DNA of 64,000 nt from an uncultured Bacteriovoracaceae bacterium (GCA_964572865.1 CAZNGN010000001.1:99662-163661); one strand, 5' to 3'. Numbered from the stretch's first letter, positions 28,508-37,310 are shown. Made by a program: numbers and translations. Notes: generated by a model from the sequence alone, not told the origin.

Positions 28508-29341
28508 TTATAATAATCTCAATGCTTGAGCAGGCACTTGGTTAGCTTGCGCTAATACCGATACTGAAGCAGAGTTTAAAATATTTCTTTTAACAAGTTC
28601 AGCTGATTCTTCAGCGATATCTGTATCTCTGATACGTGAATTTGCAGCTGACATACTTTCGATGTTGATTCCTAAGCTGTTACTTGTAGAGTGTAATCTG
28701 TTTTGCATAGCGCCCAGATTCGCACGATAGCTGTTGATTTTATCTAACGCTTTATCGATTTGATCCATTGAATCTCTTGCAGCTTCGATATCAAGTAGAT
28801 TTGTATCATCAATTCCGATGTTATCTGTTTTGATATTGAATGCTCCTACATGATATTGAATTCTGTCATGTTCGCTATTGTTGGCGCCCACTTGGAATTC
28901 TAAAGTTCCTTTATGAGCTTCTCCATTTAAAAGATTTGTTCCGTTGAAATTTGTAGAATCGGCAATGCGATCGATTTCAACTTTTAATTGTTTTACTTCT
29001 TCGTCCATGAATGCACGCTCGCGATCTCCAATTGTATCAGATGCAGCTTGCACTGATAATTCACGCATACGAATTAAGTTGTTGCTTACTTCTGAAAGTC
29101 CGCCTTCTGCAACTTGCACGAATGATATACCATCGTTTGCGTTACGTTGTGCTTGTTTTACAGATTTAATTTGTCCGCGTAAACGTTCAGAAATTGATAA
29201 GCCAGCGGCATCGTCAGCAGCAGAGGTGATTCGATCACCACTTGCTAACTTCGTCATTGATTTTCCGCCTTGCTCTTGGTTAGTAGCTAATACTCTTTGT
29301 GCACTTAGTGATGCTAAGTTTGTTGATATTCTTAAGCCCAT
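28508..29341 (-). CDS. fliC: Flagellin (complete, 277 aa short flagellin)
   Basis: MGLRISTNLASLSAQRVLATNQEQGGKSMTKLASGDRITSAADDAAGLSISERL at the N-terminus and ...ESAELVKRNILNSASVSVLAQANQVPAQALRLL at the C-terminus. RBS AGGAGAC upstream. Confidence 0.95.
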   Translation of the reverse strand: MGLRISTNLASLSAQRVLATNQEQGGKSMTKLASGDRITSAADDAAGLSISERLRGQIKSVKQAQRNANDGISFVQVAEGGLSEVSNNLIRMRELSVQAASDTIGDRERAFMDEEVKQLKVEIDRIADSTNFNGTNLLNGEAHKGTLEFQVGANNSEHDRIQYHVGAFNIKTDNIGIDDTNLLDIEAARDSMDQIDKALDKINSYRANLGAMQNRLHSTSNSLGINIESMSAANSRIRDTDIAEESAELVKRNILNSASVSVLAQANQVPAQALRLL

Positions 29342-29956
29342 GATAGTCTCCTGTTATTACCGTATAATAAGCGCAACAAATACAAGGGTGCGCCGATCCC
29401 TTTTCAAGCACAACATGTGCAAGAAAATCGACGTACACCATCACCACCATTTTTTTGCTGTTTATTTACCCTTTTACCCGGAATTATAAGAAGAACTACG
29501 TGAGAACTACTACTGCTGTGACAATGCATGCGCTGAAACATGCGATTAAATGCCACGAGACGTACTGCTTGAACTTCATCATATTATAATTACTGCCTTC
29601 AAATAGCTTATCGTCAGCTTTCGAAAATACTTTAGTTTTTTTATCAAGATTTAGGAATTTTTTGCCTAATTAATAAAGGCTATAGTTACAAATAGTTACA
29701 GAGAATTTAGTGGTCTTATATCATTTAGCCATTAAATTGCCCGTAAGAAGTTACTTAAATAAAATAGCGCCCAACACACTATACTTATCTAAATATATAG
29801 AGTCAGTTTTAAAAACTTAAAGTAATTGAATGAAACTAAGTATTTAAAAAAACAATACTGAAGTTACTATTTATCTATTTTAGAAATACATAAAATCTCC
29901 GTATAGTAAGTAAATATACAAGAAATGATTCTTGTTATTTATTCTAAGGAGAGTTT

Positions 29957-31120
29957 ATGTTTGCTTATAATACTGAAAAATTTAAACCATTATTAGAGTC
30001 AAGCAACGGAGTTCATTTCACAGCCTATATTGAAAATAAAAATGATATTCACGAATTAAAGTTTCAATTAGATGAATCAATAGAATTGGCTCGTGAATAT
30101 TTATCCGATGTAATGTCTGATGATGAAATCAATCAGTTCGTATCGCCGATACAATCGCTTCGTGATAAAACAGAAACGTTAAAAAAATTAAATAAGAATT
30201 TAGCACTTTTTAGAACAAAAAATTCTTTCAGAGTAATGAATGTGCCTGTACCAGTAGACACATTTACTGTTGTTGCAAATTCCTTCCACGTAAAACCACT
30301 CATTAAATGGATGCAGACTGATCGAGAATTTCTTTTATTAGGAATCGACGATCAGTCCATTCATTTCTATAAAGGAAGTATGCACTCAATTGAGAAATGG
30401 GAACAAATTTCGTATCCCGAATCTATTCTTGAGTCGTTGCCTGAAGGTGGGTTTAAAAACATTAAAGATACCAAAGTTAGAAATTTAAAAATTACAGAAA
30501 CGATGGAATGGGTATGTGATCGCATTCTAGATTTAACATTCGAAACACCATCAAAAGTGCATTTGGTTGCTGATCAAATGTTTTTAAGTTCATTAAATAA
30601 TATTCAGAATGCTAAGTTTTTATTTGAAAAAAAGCCAATCATTCAAGAGTTCAAACAACATAGTATAGTAGAGTATTTAAATGAAATTCGTACTAGAATT
30701 CGAAAAGAAACTAGAAAAGAGTTTCAAAAGCAACTTGTAGAATTTTATTATGCTGAAGTTTTAAAAACATCAAAGAAAAATATTTATGAAATCGCAAAGG
30801 CTGCGATTCAAGGAAAAGTGAAAAAACTTTTAGTGGCTGAAGGCGTAAGGATATTTGGAAAGTTAAATAAAAAAACAGGAGAAATATCATTGCATCCAAA
30901 TCAAATTGATCATGAGGACGATGACATCCTAGATGATCTTGCTCAAGAGGTTATGGCAAGAAATGGTAAAGTAATTATTGCGAATAAAAATGATATTCCC
31001 AATGAACGCAGTATTCTTGCATTGGTCGATAATGACGTTGAGCTAGACAAGTTTGTCGCCAATAATAGAATTTATGAAATAAATAGTGAAAAATATAAAG
31101 ATGCCAGGGTAAGCATTTAA
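29957..31120 (+). CDS. Hypothetical protein (387 aa); possible aeRF1/Pelota-like fold (baeRF-type)
   Basis: RBS AAGGAGAG before the ATG. Central REFLLLGIDDQSIHFYKGSM and C-terminal VKKLLVAEGV...ILDDLAQEVMARNGKVIIANKNDIPNERSILALVD resemble the central and C-terminal domains of eRF1/Pelota-type proteins. This is fold-level pattern recognition only. Confidence 0.5.
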   Translation: MFAYNTEKFKPLLESSNGVHFTAYIENKNDIHELKFQLDESIELAREYLSDVMSDDEINQFVSPIQSLRDKTETLKKLNKNLALFRTKNSFRVMNVPVPVDTFTVVANSFHVKPLIKWMQTDREFLLLGIDDQSIHFYKGSMHSIEKWEQISYPESILESLPEGGFKNIKDTKVRNLKITETMEWVCDRILDLTFETPSKVHLVADQMFLSSLNNIQNAKFLFEKKPIIQEFKQHSIVEYLNEIRTRIRKETRKEFQKQLVEFYYAEVLKTSKKNIYEIAKAAIQGKVKKLLVAEGVRIFGKLNKKTGEISLHPNQIDHEDDDILDDLAQEVMARNGKVIIANKNDIPNERSILALVDNDVELDKFVANNRIYEINSEKYKDARVSI

Positions 31121-31123
31121 TGC

Positions 31124-31777
31124 TTACTCTACGGTCATCGCATCTATCGTATCCCAAGGTAGAATGCGATCGAGCACATCTTTGCCATCTACTTTTTCAC
31201 CGTAGTCTACAACTTTACCAATAATAGTATATTGGCCATCGAGATGTGGAAATGAACCTAAGCAAATATAAAATTGTGAGTCAGCTGAGTCTGGATCACG
31301 TGATCTGGCCATCGCAACCACGCCACGCATGTGGTGGCGTTTATTGAACTCCGCTTTTAATTTTTGTCCTGATCCACCTGTTCCCACTGCTGGATCATTT
31401 TTGTTACGGCTCTTAGGGTCTCCACCTTGAACCACAAAACCAGGTTCAACTCTGTGAAACGCTAGACCGTCATAAAATTTTGATTGCACTAATTCGACAA
31501 AACGTTTTGAAGTATTGGGAGCATCTTCAGCAAAAAATTTAAACTTCATCGTGCCTTTATTTGTTTTTAAAACAATAGTAGCTTTACTTAATCCATCTTT
31601 GTCTACCGAGAGATCAACGTTACCGACAACAACAGGCGCAGCGGCTGGCGCACTAGATGTTACCGCTTGCGTGTTTACTTCAACGGGTTGAGCAGGCGCT
31701 TGCGCTGGTGGTTGCTCTTTGGTGCATCCAAAAATGAAAAGAATAGTAAAAATCGAGATGAATTGAATCAGTTTCAT
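31124..31777 (-). CDS. ppiB: Cyclophilin-type peptidyl-prolyl cis-trans isomerase, lipoprotein
   Basis: FHRVEPGFVVQGGDP...MRGVVAMARSRDPDSADSQFYICLG cyclophilin core. Start trimmed to MKLIQFISIFTILFIFGCT (lipobox FGC); the ORF-track N-terminal extension overlaps the tatC region. Confidence 0.8.
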   Translation of the reverse strand: MKLIQFISIFTILFIFGCTKEQPPAQAPAQPVEVNTQAVTSSAPAAAPVVVGNVDLSVDKDGLSKATIVLKTNKGTMKFKFFAEDAPNTSKRFVELVQSKFYDGLAFHRVEPGFVVQGGDPKSRNKNDPAVGTGGSGQKLKAEFNKRHHMRGVVAMARSRDPDSADSQFYICLGSFPHLDGQYTIIGKVVDYGEKVDGKDVLDRILPWDTIDAMTVE

Positions 31778-31827
31778 TGACATGTCTCCTATCATTGAAA
31801 ATAATCCACACCGTGAGTAAAAAGCAA

Positions 31828-32544
31828 ATGACATTTTGGGATCATTTAGACGAGCTGCGTGCAAAAGTGGTGAATTGTTTGTACGTTTTCTTTGCAGGCT
31901 TTCTTGCATTTTACTTTGTAAGTGACAAACTTCTCGACTGGTTACGCAAACCGCTTTTTGATTATCTTCCGAAAGAAAAACAACATCTTTATTACACTGG
32001 TTTATTTGAAAACTTTTTTGTTCACTTGAAAGTAGCAGGATACGCTTCTCTTGTTTTATTATCTCCCATTTATTTTTTCATTTTATGGAAATTCATTGCT
32101 CCTGGATTATATGAAAAAGAAAAGAAAGCGATTTTTCCGTTTGCAGTGGCTGCCAGTTTTTTCTTTATTTTTGGTGCGTCTTTTGCTTATTTTTTCTTAT
32201 TTCCTGCGGGAGTAAAATATTTTTTATCATTTGGAACACAAGCCGAAGTAGCGTGGCTTACATTAGAAAATTACGTCAATTTGGTTTTGAAGATTTTATT
32301 TGGTTTTGGAATGTGTTTTCAAATACCAGTGATTATCGTTTTGCTTGCTAAAATAGGCATTTTATCCGCTTCTCAGCTAGAAAAACAACGTCGTTTTGCC
32401 ATTATGGCAGTTGCATTTTTGTCTGCACTGGTAGCCCCACCTGATGCTATCTCTATGTTATTATTGATGGTTCCGCTTTACCTTCTTTATGAGGGCTCCA
32501 TATTAGTCGTTAAAATGACAACAAATACTAAAAGATCCAGTTAA
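31828..32544 (+). CDS. tatC: Twin-arginine translocase subunit TatC
   Basis: MTFWDHLDELRAKVV (TatC N-terminal HL.ELR motif) followed by six hydrophobic helices; start taken at this internal ATG. Confidence 0.85.
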   Translation: MTFWDHLDELRAKVVNCLYVFFAGFLAFYFVSDKLLDWLRKPLFDYLPKEKQHLYYTGLFENFFVHLKVAGYASLVLLSPIYFFILWKFIAPGLYEKEKKAIFPFAVAASFFFIFGASFAYFFLFPAGVKYFLSFGTQAEVAWLTLENYVNLVLKILFGFGMCFQIPVIIVLLAKIGILSASQLEKQRRFAIMAVAFLSALVAPPDAISMLLLMVPLYLLYEGSILVVKMTTNTKRSS

Positions 32545-32610
32545 TCCTAAATAATACTTGTACCGATATAGGGGTAGTGCTATTCTTTTTATTAGGATTT
32601 GGAGGTATCA

Positions 32611-33147
32611 ATGAGTATTTTAATGACTGTAGAAGAACTAGCGAAGTACCTTAAAATAAAACCAGATACAATTTACAAGAAAGTAAGAAAAGGCGAGTTG
32701 CCAGCAATTAAGCTTGGTAAGCTTGTTCGTTTTCCAAAAGAATTGATCGATGAATGGATAGTAGAACAAGCTACAAAAACCATGAAAGACATCAAAGCTG
32801 CTAAGAAAATTGTAGAAAAAACCGTAGAAGATGCGGTTGATAAGGTTGAAGACGCGGTTGAACACGCAATGGATTCAGCCCGTGAACAAGCAGAGAGCGC
32901 AGTTGAAGAGGTTAAGAAAACCAAAGATGAATTAACTAAAAACATCAAAGGTTTATGGAAAGATCTTCAGAATACTATCTCTGAAGGAACGCAGAAAGTT
33001 GCTAAAACGGTAGGCGTAAAAACTTCTAAAGCAGCCAAAAAAGTTTCTAAACCAAAGCAAACGAGTACAAAGCAGGCGTCTAATGGCAAATCTAAACGAA
33101 CTGTCGCTTCGCGTCGTAAATCTGGATCGAGTGCTTCGGTCAACTAA
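32611..33147 (+). CDS. Excisionase-family HTH DNA-binding protein with long Lys/Ala/Glu-rich C-terminal tail
   Basis: ATG at 32611 after GGAGG. LMTVEELAKYLKIKPDTIYKKVRKGELPAIKLGKLVRFPKELIDEWI is a MerR/excisionase-type HTH (HTH_17-like). The C-terminal ~110 aa are a charged low-complexity coiled-coil/histone-H1-like tail. Confidence 0.6.
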   Translation: MSILMTVEELAKYLKIKPDTIYKKVRKGELPAIKLGKLVRFPKELIDEWIVEQATKTMKDIKAAKKIVEKTVEDAVDKVEDAVEHAMDSAREQAESAVEEVKKTKDELTKNIKGLWKDLQNTISEGTQKVAKTVGVKTSKAAKKVSKPKQTSTKQASNGKSKRTVASRRKSGSSASVN

Positions 33148-33354
33148 GTTTTAGGACTACGAAGTATATATCTTATTAGTCTTAAGATAGAGGTTAAATC
33201 GTAAGGTTATAAATAAGTCCCCTCCATCAAACAAACACCCTTGCGATTTAACCTTTTTTCTTTTAAACCTATGGAACTATTAATTATTAGTGAAACTGCT
33301 CTGAAACAAAAGTGTTCAGGGCTCACTTGATTTTGTGAACCATAGGAGTAAAAA

Positions 33355-33756
33355 ATGAAAAAATCAAACACAGGTAAAATCGGATACGAAACAACCTTCA
33401 TCACTGCACCAGATTACAGTGAAGATGCTTTAAAAACTTTTATCGAAAAATGCAAAGGCATCATCGAAGCTCACGGTGGCGAATTAATCGCTAAAGAAGA
33501 TTGGGGAAGAAGAAAATTAGCTTATCCAATCAATAAAGAAACTCGTGGACACTACACTTATTTATTATTTTTTGGAAACAATTCATTAGTTGCTGAACTT
33601 GAGCGTAACTTACGTATCAATGAAAAAGTAATTCGTTTCATGAGCGTTAAATTAGGCAATGACTTTGAACCAGCTACTTACAAAAGAACAATTACTCCGA
33701 TTACACCTCCAGTTGAAAAACCAGCAACATACGCTGCTGCTGAAGGTCGCCACTAA
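33355..33756 (+). CDS. rpsF: 30S ribosomal protein S6
   Basis: IGYETTFITAPDYSEDALKTFIEK...GRRKLAYPINKETRGHYTYLLFF is the S6 ferredoxin-like fold signature. RBS AGGAG. Confidence 0.9.
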   Translation: MKKSNTGKIGYETTFITAPDYSEDALKTFIEKCKGIIEAHGGELIAKEDWGRRKLAYPINKETRGHYTYLLFFGNNSLVAELERNLRINEKVIRFMSVKLGNDFEPATYKRTITPITPPVEKPATYAAAEGRH

Positions 33757-33811
33757 TTTTTTGTTGTATCGATTGAGTTCAATCTCAATCGCTACTTACA
33801 AACTTTGCGAT

Positions 33812-34783
33812 ATGAGTAATTCAACGCAATCCATTCCTCAAACAAACTCAGGAACAAATAAGTTCTTTTTTAAGTTTGCATTGATTGTTCCTTATATTTT
33901 ATCTGCGGCATTGCATATCACTGCCGTTTTTAAATTATTTGCAGCAATCCCTATTTACTATGCTTTCATGAAGCATGGTAGATTTTGGGGAGTCGTATCT
34001 GCCATTACAAATCTTGCAATTGTTTGGTTATTGTTAGGAAGAGTAGAAGCTGCTTGGTTTTTTGTTTTTTCAATTTCATTAGCATTAACGTTTTCTGAAT
34101 GTGTAAAACTAAAATTGAAAATGGAAACGATAGCACTCGTCGGAATGGTTATGATGTTTTTGTCTGCATCAATGCTACTTGTGAGTTATGCACGAAAAAT
34201 TCATCGCTCGCCTGTTGAGACAGTAAAGCTTTATATAAACAGCGAGGTAGATAAGTTTTTAGTGAATGCAGAAAAATATAAAGAATCAGCAAACTTATCT
34301 GCTCAAGATTTAGAAAAAATGCTAATTGATCCTGAAGTAACAAAGAAAAACATACTCCATTCTGTTCCTTCATTTGGAATCATTTTTATTTTACTTACAG
34401 TTGCAGCAAACTTGTTAATCATTATTCGATTAAATATTTCAAACACGCAAAAAACATTAAGTTTAGGAAAAGATTTTTTTAAAAAGTGGAAATCTCCACC
34501 CCACATGATTTGGCCAACGTTGGTTACAGGTTTTTTAATTGTTTTAGAAATTGAATCAGCAGGCATTATTTATATTTCACAAGGTATATTTCGCTTTTTT
34601 ATGGTTATTTACGGAATTCACGGCTTGGCAATCATGAGTGCATTTTTTGATTCATGGAAAATGAAGTCAGCATTGAGACCATTGGGTTATATTTTAGCGA
34701 TTACATTTTTATTACCACTTGTAATCAGTATGGGATTTTTTGATTTATGGTTTTCGTTCAGAGAACGATTCCATTTAATTTAA
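33812..34783 (+). CDS. Polytopic membrane protein, DUF2232 (YybS)-like
   Basis: Start trimmed to the ATG at 33812, since the ORF-track start overlaps rpsF. ~8 TM helices. Position between rpsF and rplI mirrors the yybS-rplI arrangement of other bacteria. Confidence 0.45.
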   Translation: MSNSTQSIPQTNSGTNKFFFKFALIVPYILSAALHITAVFKLFAAIPIYYAFMKHGRFWGVVSAITNLAIVWLLLGRVEAAWFFVFSISLALTFSECVKLKLKMETIALVGMVMMFLSASMLLVSYARKIHRSPVETVKLYINSEVDKFLVNAEKYKESANLSAQDLEKMLIDPEVTKKNILHSVPSFGIIFILLTVAANLLIIIRLNISNTQKTLSLGKDFFKKWKSPPHMIWPTLVTGFLIVLEIESAGIIYISQGIFRFFMVIYGIHGLAIMSAFFDSWKMKSALRPLGYILAITFLLPLVISMGFFDLWFSFRERFHLI

Positions 34784-34803
34784 TAATAATAGAGGAGGAA
34801 TAA

Positions 34804-35250
34804 ATGAAAGTAATTTTAAGAGAAAACGTAGAGAATTTAGGAAAAATCGGTGACATCGTAAAAGTTTCTGACGGATACGCTCGTAACTTTTTATTACCAC
34901 GTAAATTGGTATCACTTGCCGATGAAAAGAACGTAAAAGCAATTGAGCATCACAAAAAAGAACTTCAAAAGAAACGTGCTCGTGACATGAAAGAGTACCA
35001 AGAAGTTGCTAAAAAATTAGAAGCGTTTTCAGTAACCATTTCTCGTAAAGTTGGAGACAAAGAAAAGCTTTTCGGTTCAGTAACAACTACTGATATCGCA
35101 GGAGCATTGGTTAAAGGCGGTTTTAACGTAGACCGTAAGAACATCCAACTCGTTGATCCTATTAAACAACTTGGCGTACATTCTGTGAATGTAAAATTAT
35201 CTCCAGAAGTAGTTGCACAAGTTAAAGTTTGGGTGGTACAGGAAAATTAA
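34804..35250 (+). CDS. rplI: 50S ribosomal protein L9
   Basis: MKVILRENVENLGKIGDIVKVSDGYARNFLLPRKL is the canonical L9 N-domain. RBS AGGAGGAA. Confidence 0.9.
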   Translation: MKVILRENVENLGKIGDIVKVSDGYARNFLLPRKLVSLADEKNVKAIEHHKKELQKKRARDMKEYQEVAKKLEAFSVTISRKVGDKEKLFGSVTTTDIAGALVKGGFNVDRKNIQLVDPIKQLGVHSVNVKLSPEVVAQVKVWVVQEN

Positions 35251-35266
35251 TTACTACTGGTAGTAA
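35251..35266. repeat. Perfect 7-2-7 palindrome TTACTAC-TG-GTAGTAA immediately after the rplI stop
   Basis: Seen directly; followed by a T-rich stretch (acaattttcatttttattcttc). Either an AT-rich terminator stem or a dimeric regulator site upstream of dnaB. Confidence 0.5.
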
Positions 35267-35302
35267 ACAATTTTCATTTTTATTCTTCATTGAGGGGGCA
35301 GT

Positions 35303-36787
35303 ATGATTGATCAAATGATGAACGAACGCAAAATCGATGCTCGTCATATTCCCCCACAATCTCTTGATGCTGAACGTTCTGTAATTGGAGCGCTTTTACT
35401 CGATAACTCTTCTTTTCATAAAGTCGTCGATGTTGGTTTAGAAGCATCAGATTTCTATTTAGATTCACACGGTAAAATATTTCAAACAATTCAAGAGCTG
35501 AACTATAAAAATCAGCCGGTTGATTTTGTTACGTTAGGTGACGCTTTAAAAAACAAAGGTATTTTAGAGCACGTTGGTGGTTTGGCATATTTAACTGGAT
35601 TATTTGAAAACTCATACAGTTCTGCTCACATCATTCATTATTCAAAAATTGTAAAAGAAAAAGCAATTCTAAGAAAAATCATTTCAACTGCAAATGATTT
35701 ATCAGAAAAAGCACATGATGGTGTTGAAGATGTGGAACTATTTTTAGATGAAGCTGAAAAATCAATTTTCGACATTACGGATGCAAAAATTCACAACTCA
35801 TTTGCTGATATTAAACAAGTAATGATTGAAAACATGAGCATGATTCAAGAGTTGTCTGAACGAAAATCAACCATTACAGGCTTAGCTACAGGCTTTACAG
35901 ATATTGACGAAAAAACTTCTGGATTACATCCCGGCCAATTAATTGTAATCGCAGGTCGTCCAGCAATGGGTAAAACATCTTTCATGTTAAATATTGCTGA
36001 ATATGCCGCGCTTCATTCAAAAGCAACCGTAGCATTATTTTCTCTTGAGATGTCTAAAGATGAATTGGGTTTTCGTTTTTTAACGAGCCAAGCAAAAGTA
36101 GATGCTTCTCGTTTAAAAATTGGTAAATTACAAGATCGTGATTGGAAAGCGCTCGCAAAAGCAGCCAATACATTGAGTGAAACTAAAATCATGATTGATG
36201 ATTCAGCTGCCATTTCTGTTTTAGAAATGAGAGCAAGATGTAGAAGATTACAAGCTGAACATGGATTGGGATTAATCATCGTCGACTATTTACAGTTGAT
36301 GAAAGGAAACACCAAAGGTAAAGGTGGCGGAGATTCACGTGAGCGTGAAATCTCTGAAATTTCGAGATCATTAAAAGCGTTGGCTAAAGAATTAAAAGTT
36401 CCAGTCATTGCGTTGTCTCAGTTAAACCGAGGTCTAGAAAATCGTCCTGATAAACGTCCGATGCTTTCAGATCTTCGTGAGTCGGGTGCAATCGAGCAAG
36501 ATGCAGACATTGTAGCATTTGTGTATCGAGATGAAGTTTATAATAAAGATTCAATCGATAAAGGCATTGCCGAAATTATTGTTGCAAAACACAGAGCGGG
36601 TAGCGTTGGTACTGTTCGCTTAGCATGGTTACCAGAATATACAGCATTCACGAATTTGGCTCCCGGATACATGCAAAATCAAATTCCTGCACAATCTGCA
36701 TCAGCAAATTCAAATTTAGCAGATTATGGTGAACGTCCACAAACTGTGATTCGCAAACAAACCGGTTTAGATTTACCGAATTTCTAA
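35303..36787 (+). CDS. dnaB: Replicative DNA helicase DnaB
   Basis: GLATGFTDIDEKTSGLHPGQLIVIAGRPAMGKTSF (Walker A in DnaB context), N-terminal DnaB domain, C-terminal RecA-like domain; follows rplI as in many bacteria. Confidence 0.95.
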   Translation: MIDQMMNERKIDARHIPPQSLDAERSVIGALLLDNSSFHKVVDVGLEASDFYLDSHGKIFQTIQELNYKNQPVDFVTLGDALKNKGILEHVGGLAYLTGLFENSYSSAHIIHYSKIVKEKAILRKIISTANDLSEKAHDGVEDVELFLDEAEKSIFDITDAKIHNSFADIKQVMIENMSMIQELSERKSTITGLATGFTDIDEKTSGLHPGQLIVIAGRPAMGKTSFMLNIAEYAALHSKATVALFSLEMSKDELGFRFLTSQAKVDASRLKIGKLQDRDWKALAKAANTLSETKIMIDDSAAISVLEMRARCRRLQAEHGLGLIIVDYLQLMKGNTKGKGGGDSREREISEISRSLKALAKELKVPVIALSQLNRGLENRPDKRPMLSDLRESGAIEQDADIVAFVYRDEVYNKDSIDKGIAEIIVAKHRAGSVGTVRLAWLPEYTAFTNLAPGYMQNQIPAQSASANSNLADYGERPQTVIRKQTGLDLPNF

Positions 36788-37143
36788 TTATCTTTTTTGT
36801 TTTTTTTAATTTTGCTAAATTGAGATTTTAATTCAGTAGCAAGTGTTTCAATCTTTTTTTCAAGAGACTTCACTTCATCTTGTGTTGCAATTCCAATTTT
36901 ATGTAAATTTTGTGCAATTTTATCAGAAGCAAATTTTCTTGTTTTCTCAGCTACAGGTTTATCCATAAAGTTTTTAGCGAGAGCTAAACCTTCTTTTTGT
37001 AGTGATTCAAGGACTTTGAGTGATTCTTTTGCTTGAACATAAACTTTTTCGACCTGATTTTTTGCTTTATCAATATTAATTTCTTTTAGATTTTTGATTT
37101 CATTCCAGTTAATATTTTTTAGGTCTTTTAAATTTAAACTCAT
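36784..37143 (-). CDS. Phasin-family (PHA granule-associated)-like small coiled-coil protein
   Basis: 119 aa, all-helical, K/E-rich. The C-terminal KIGIATQDEVKSLEKKIETLATELK resembles the phasin family lglpskeEveaLtkrveeLea motif. Confidence 0.45.
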   Translation of the reverse strand: MSLNLKDLKNINWNEIKNLKEINIDKAKNQVEKVYVQAKESLKVLESLQKEGLALAKNFMDKPVAEKTRKFASDKIAQNLHKIGIATQDEVKSLEKKIETLATELKSQFSKIKKNKKDN

Positions 37144-37165
37144 TTTGAACTCCTTTTAGATGCTA

Positions 37166-37204
37166 TTAAAACCAACTGCTCATTGAGAGTATAGTTGGTT
37201 TTAA
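37166..37204. promoter_or_regulatory. Perfect 12-bp inverted repeat TTAAAACCAACT-N15-AGTTGGTTTTAA in the 5' region of the phasin-like gene
   Basis: Seen directly: arms at 37166-37177 and 37193-37204 are exact reverse complements. The repeat lies 23-61 nt upstream of the minus-strand start codon at 37143. Confidence 0.5.
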
Positions 37205-37310
37205 TCTCGGCGAGGTATAGTCATTTTTTTATAACGAAATGCGTAGGAATTCTTTACCCACTAGGATGGTTTAAAATCTATGTTACTCTTAAAAATAAGG
37301 AGGACATAAC

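Noticed and set aside
29436-29450. His-tag-like CACCATCACCACCAT run (HHHHH in the 28944..29489 plus-strand ORF)
   Set aside because: Only five codons; it lies in an intergenic region and the containing ORF is antisense to the flagellin gene with no RBS. Most likely chance, not a vector or engineered tag.
28944-29489. 181-aa plus-strand ORF overlapping the flagellin gene
   Set aside because: Antisense shadow ORF of flagellin extending into the intergenic region; no RBS, low-complexity translation.
31778-31909. N-terminal extension of the cyclophilin ORF (start at 31909) and of tatC (start at 31777)
   Set aside because: The two extensions overlap each other on opposite strands. The internal starts (lipoprotein signal MKLIQF...FGC and TatC MTFWDHLDELR) match family N-termini.
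33659-33811. 5' extension of the DUF2232-like gene overlapping rpsF by ~100 nt
   Set aside because: The extension overlaps the S6 coding region in another frame and lacks an RBS; the ATG at 33812 gives a sensible membrane-protein N-terminus.
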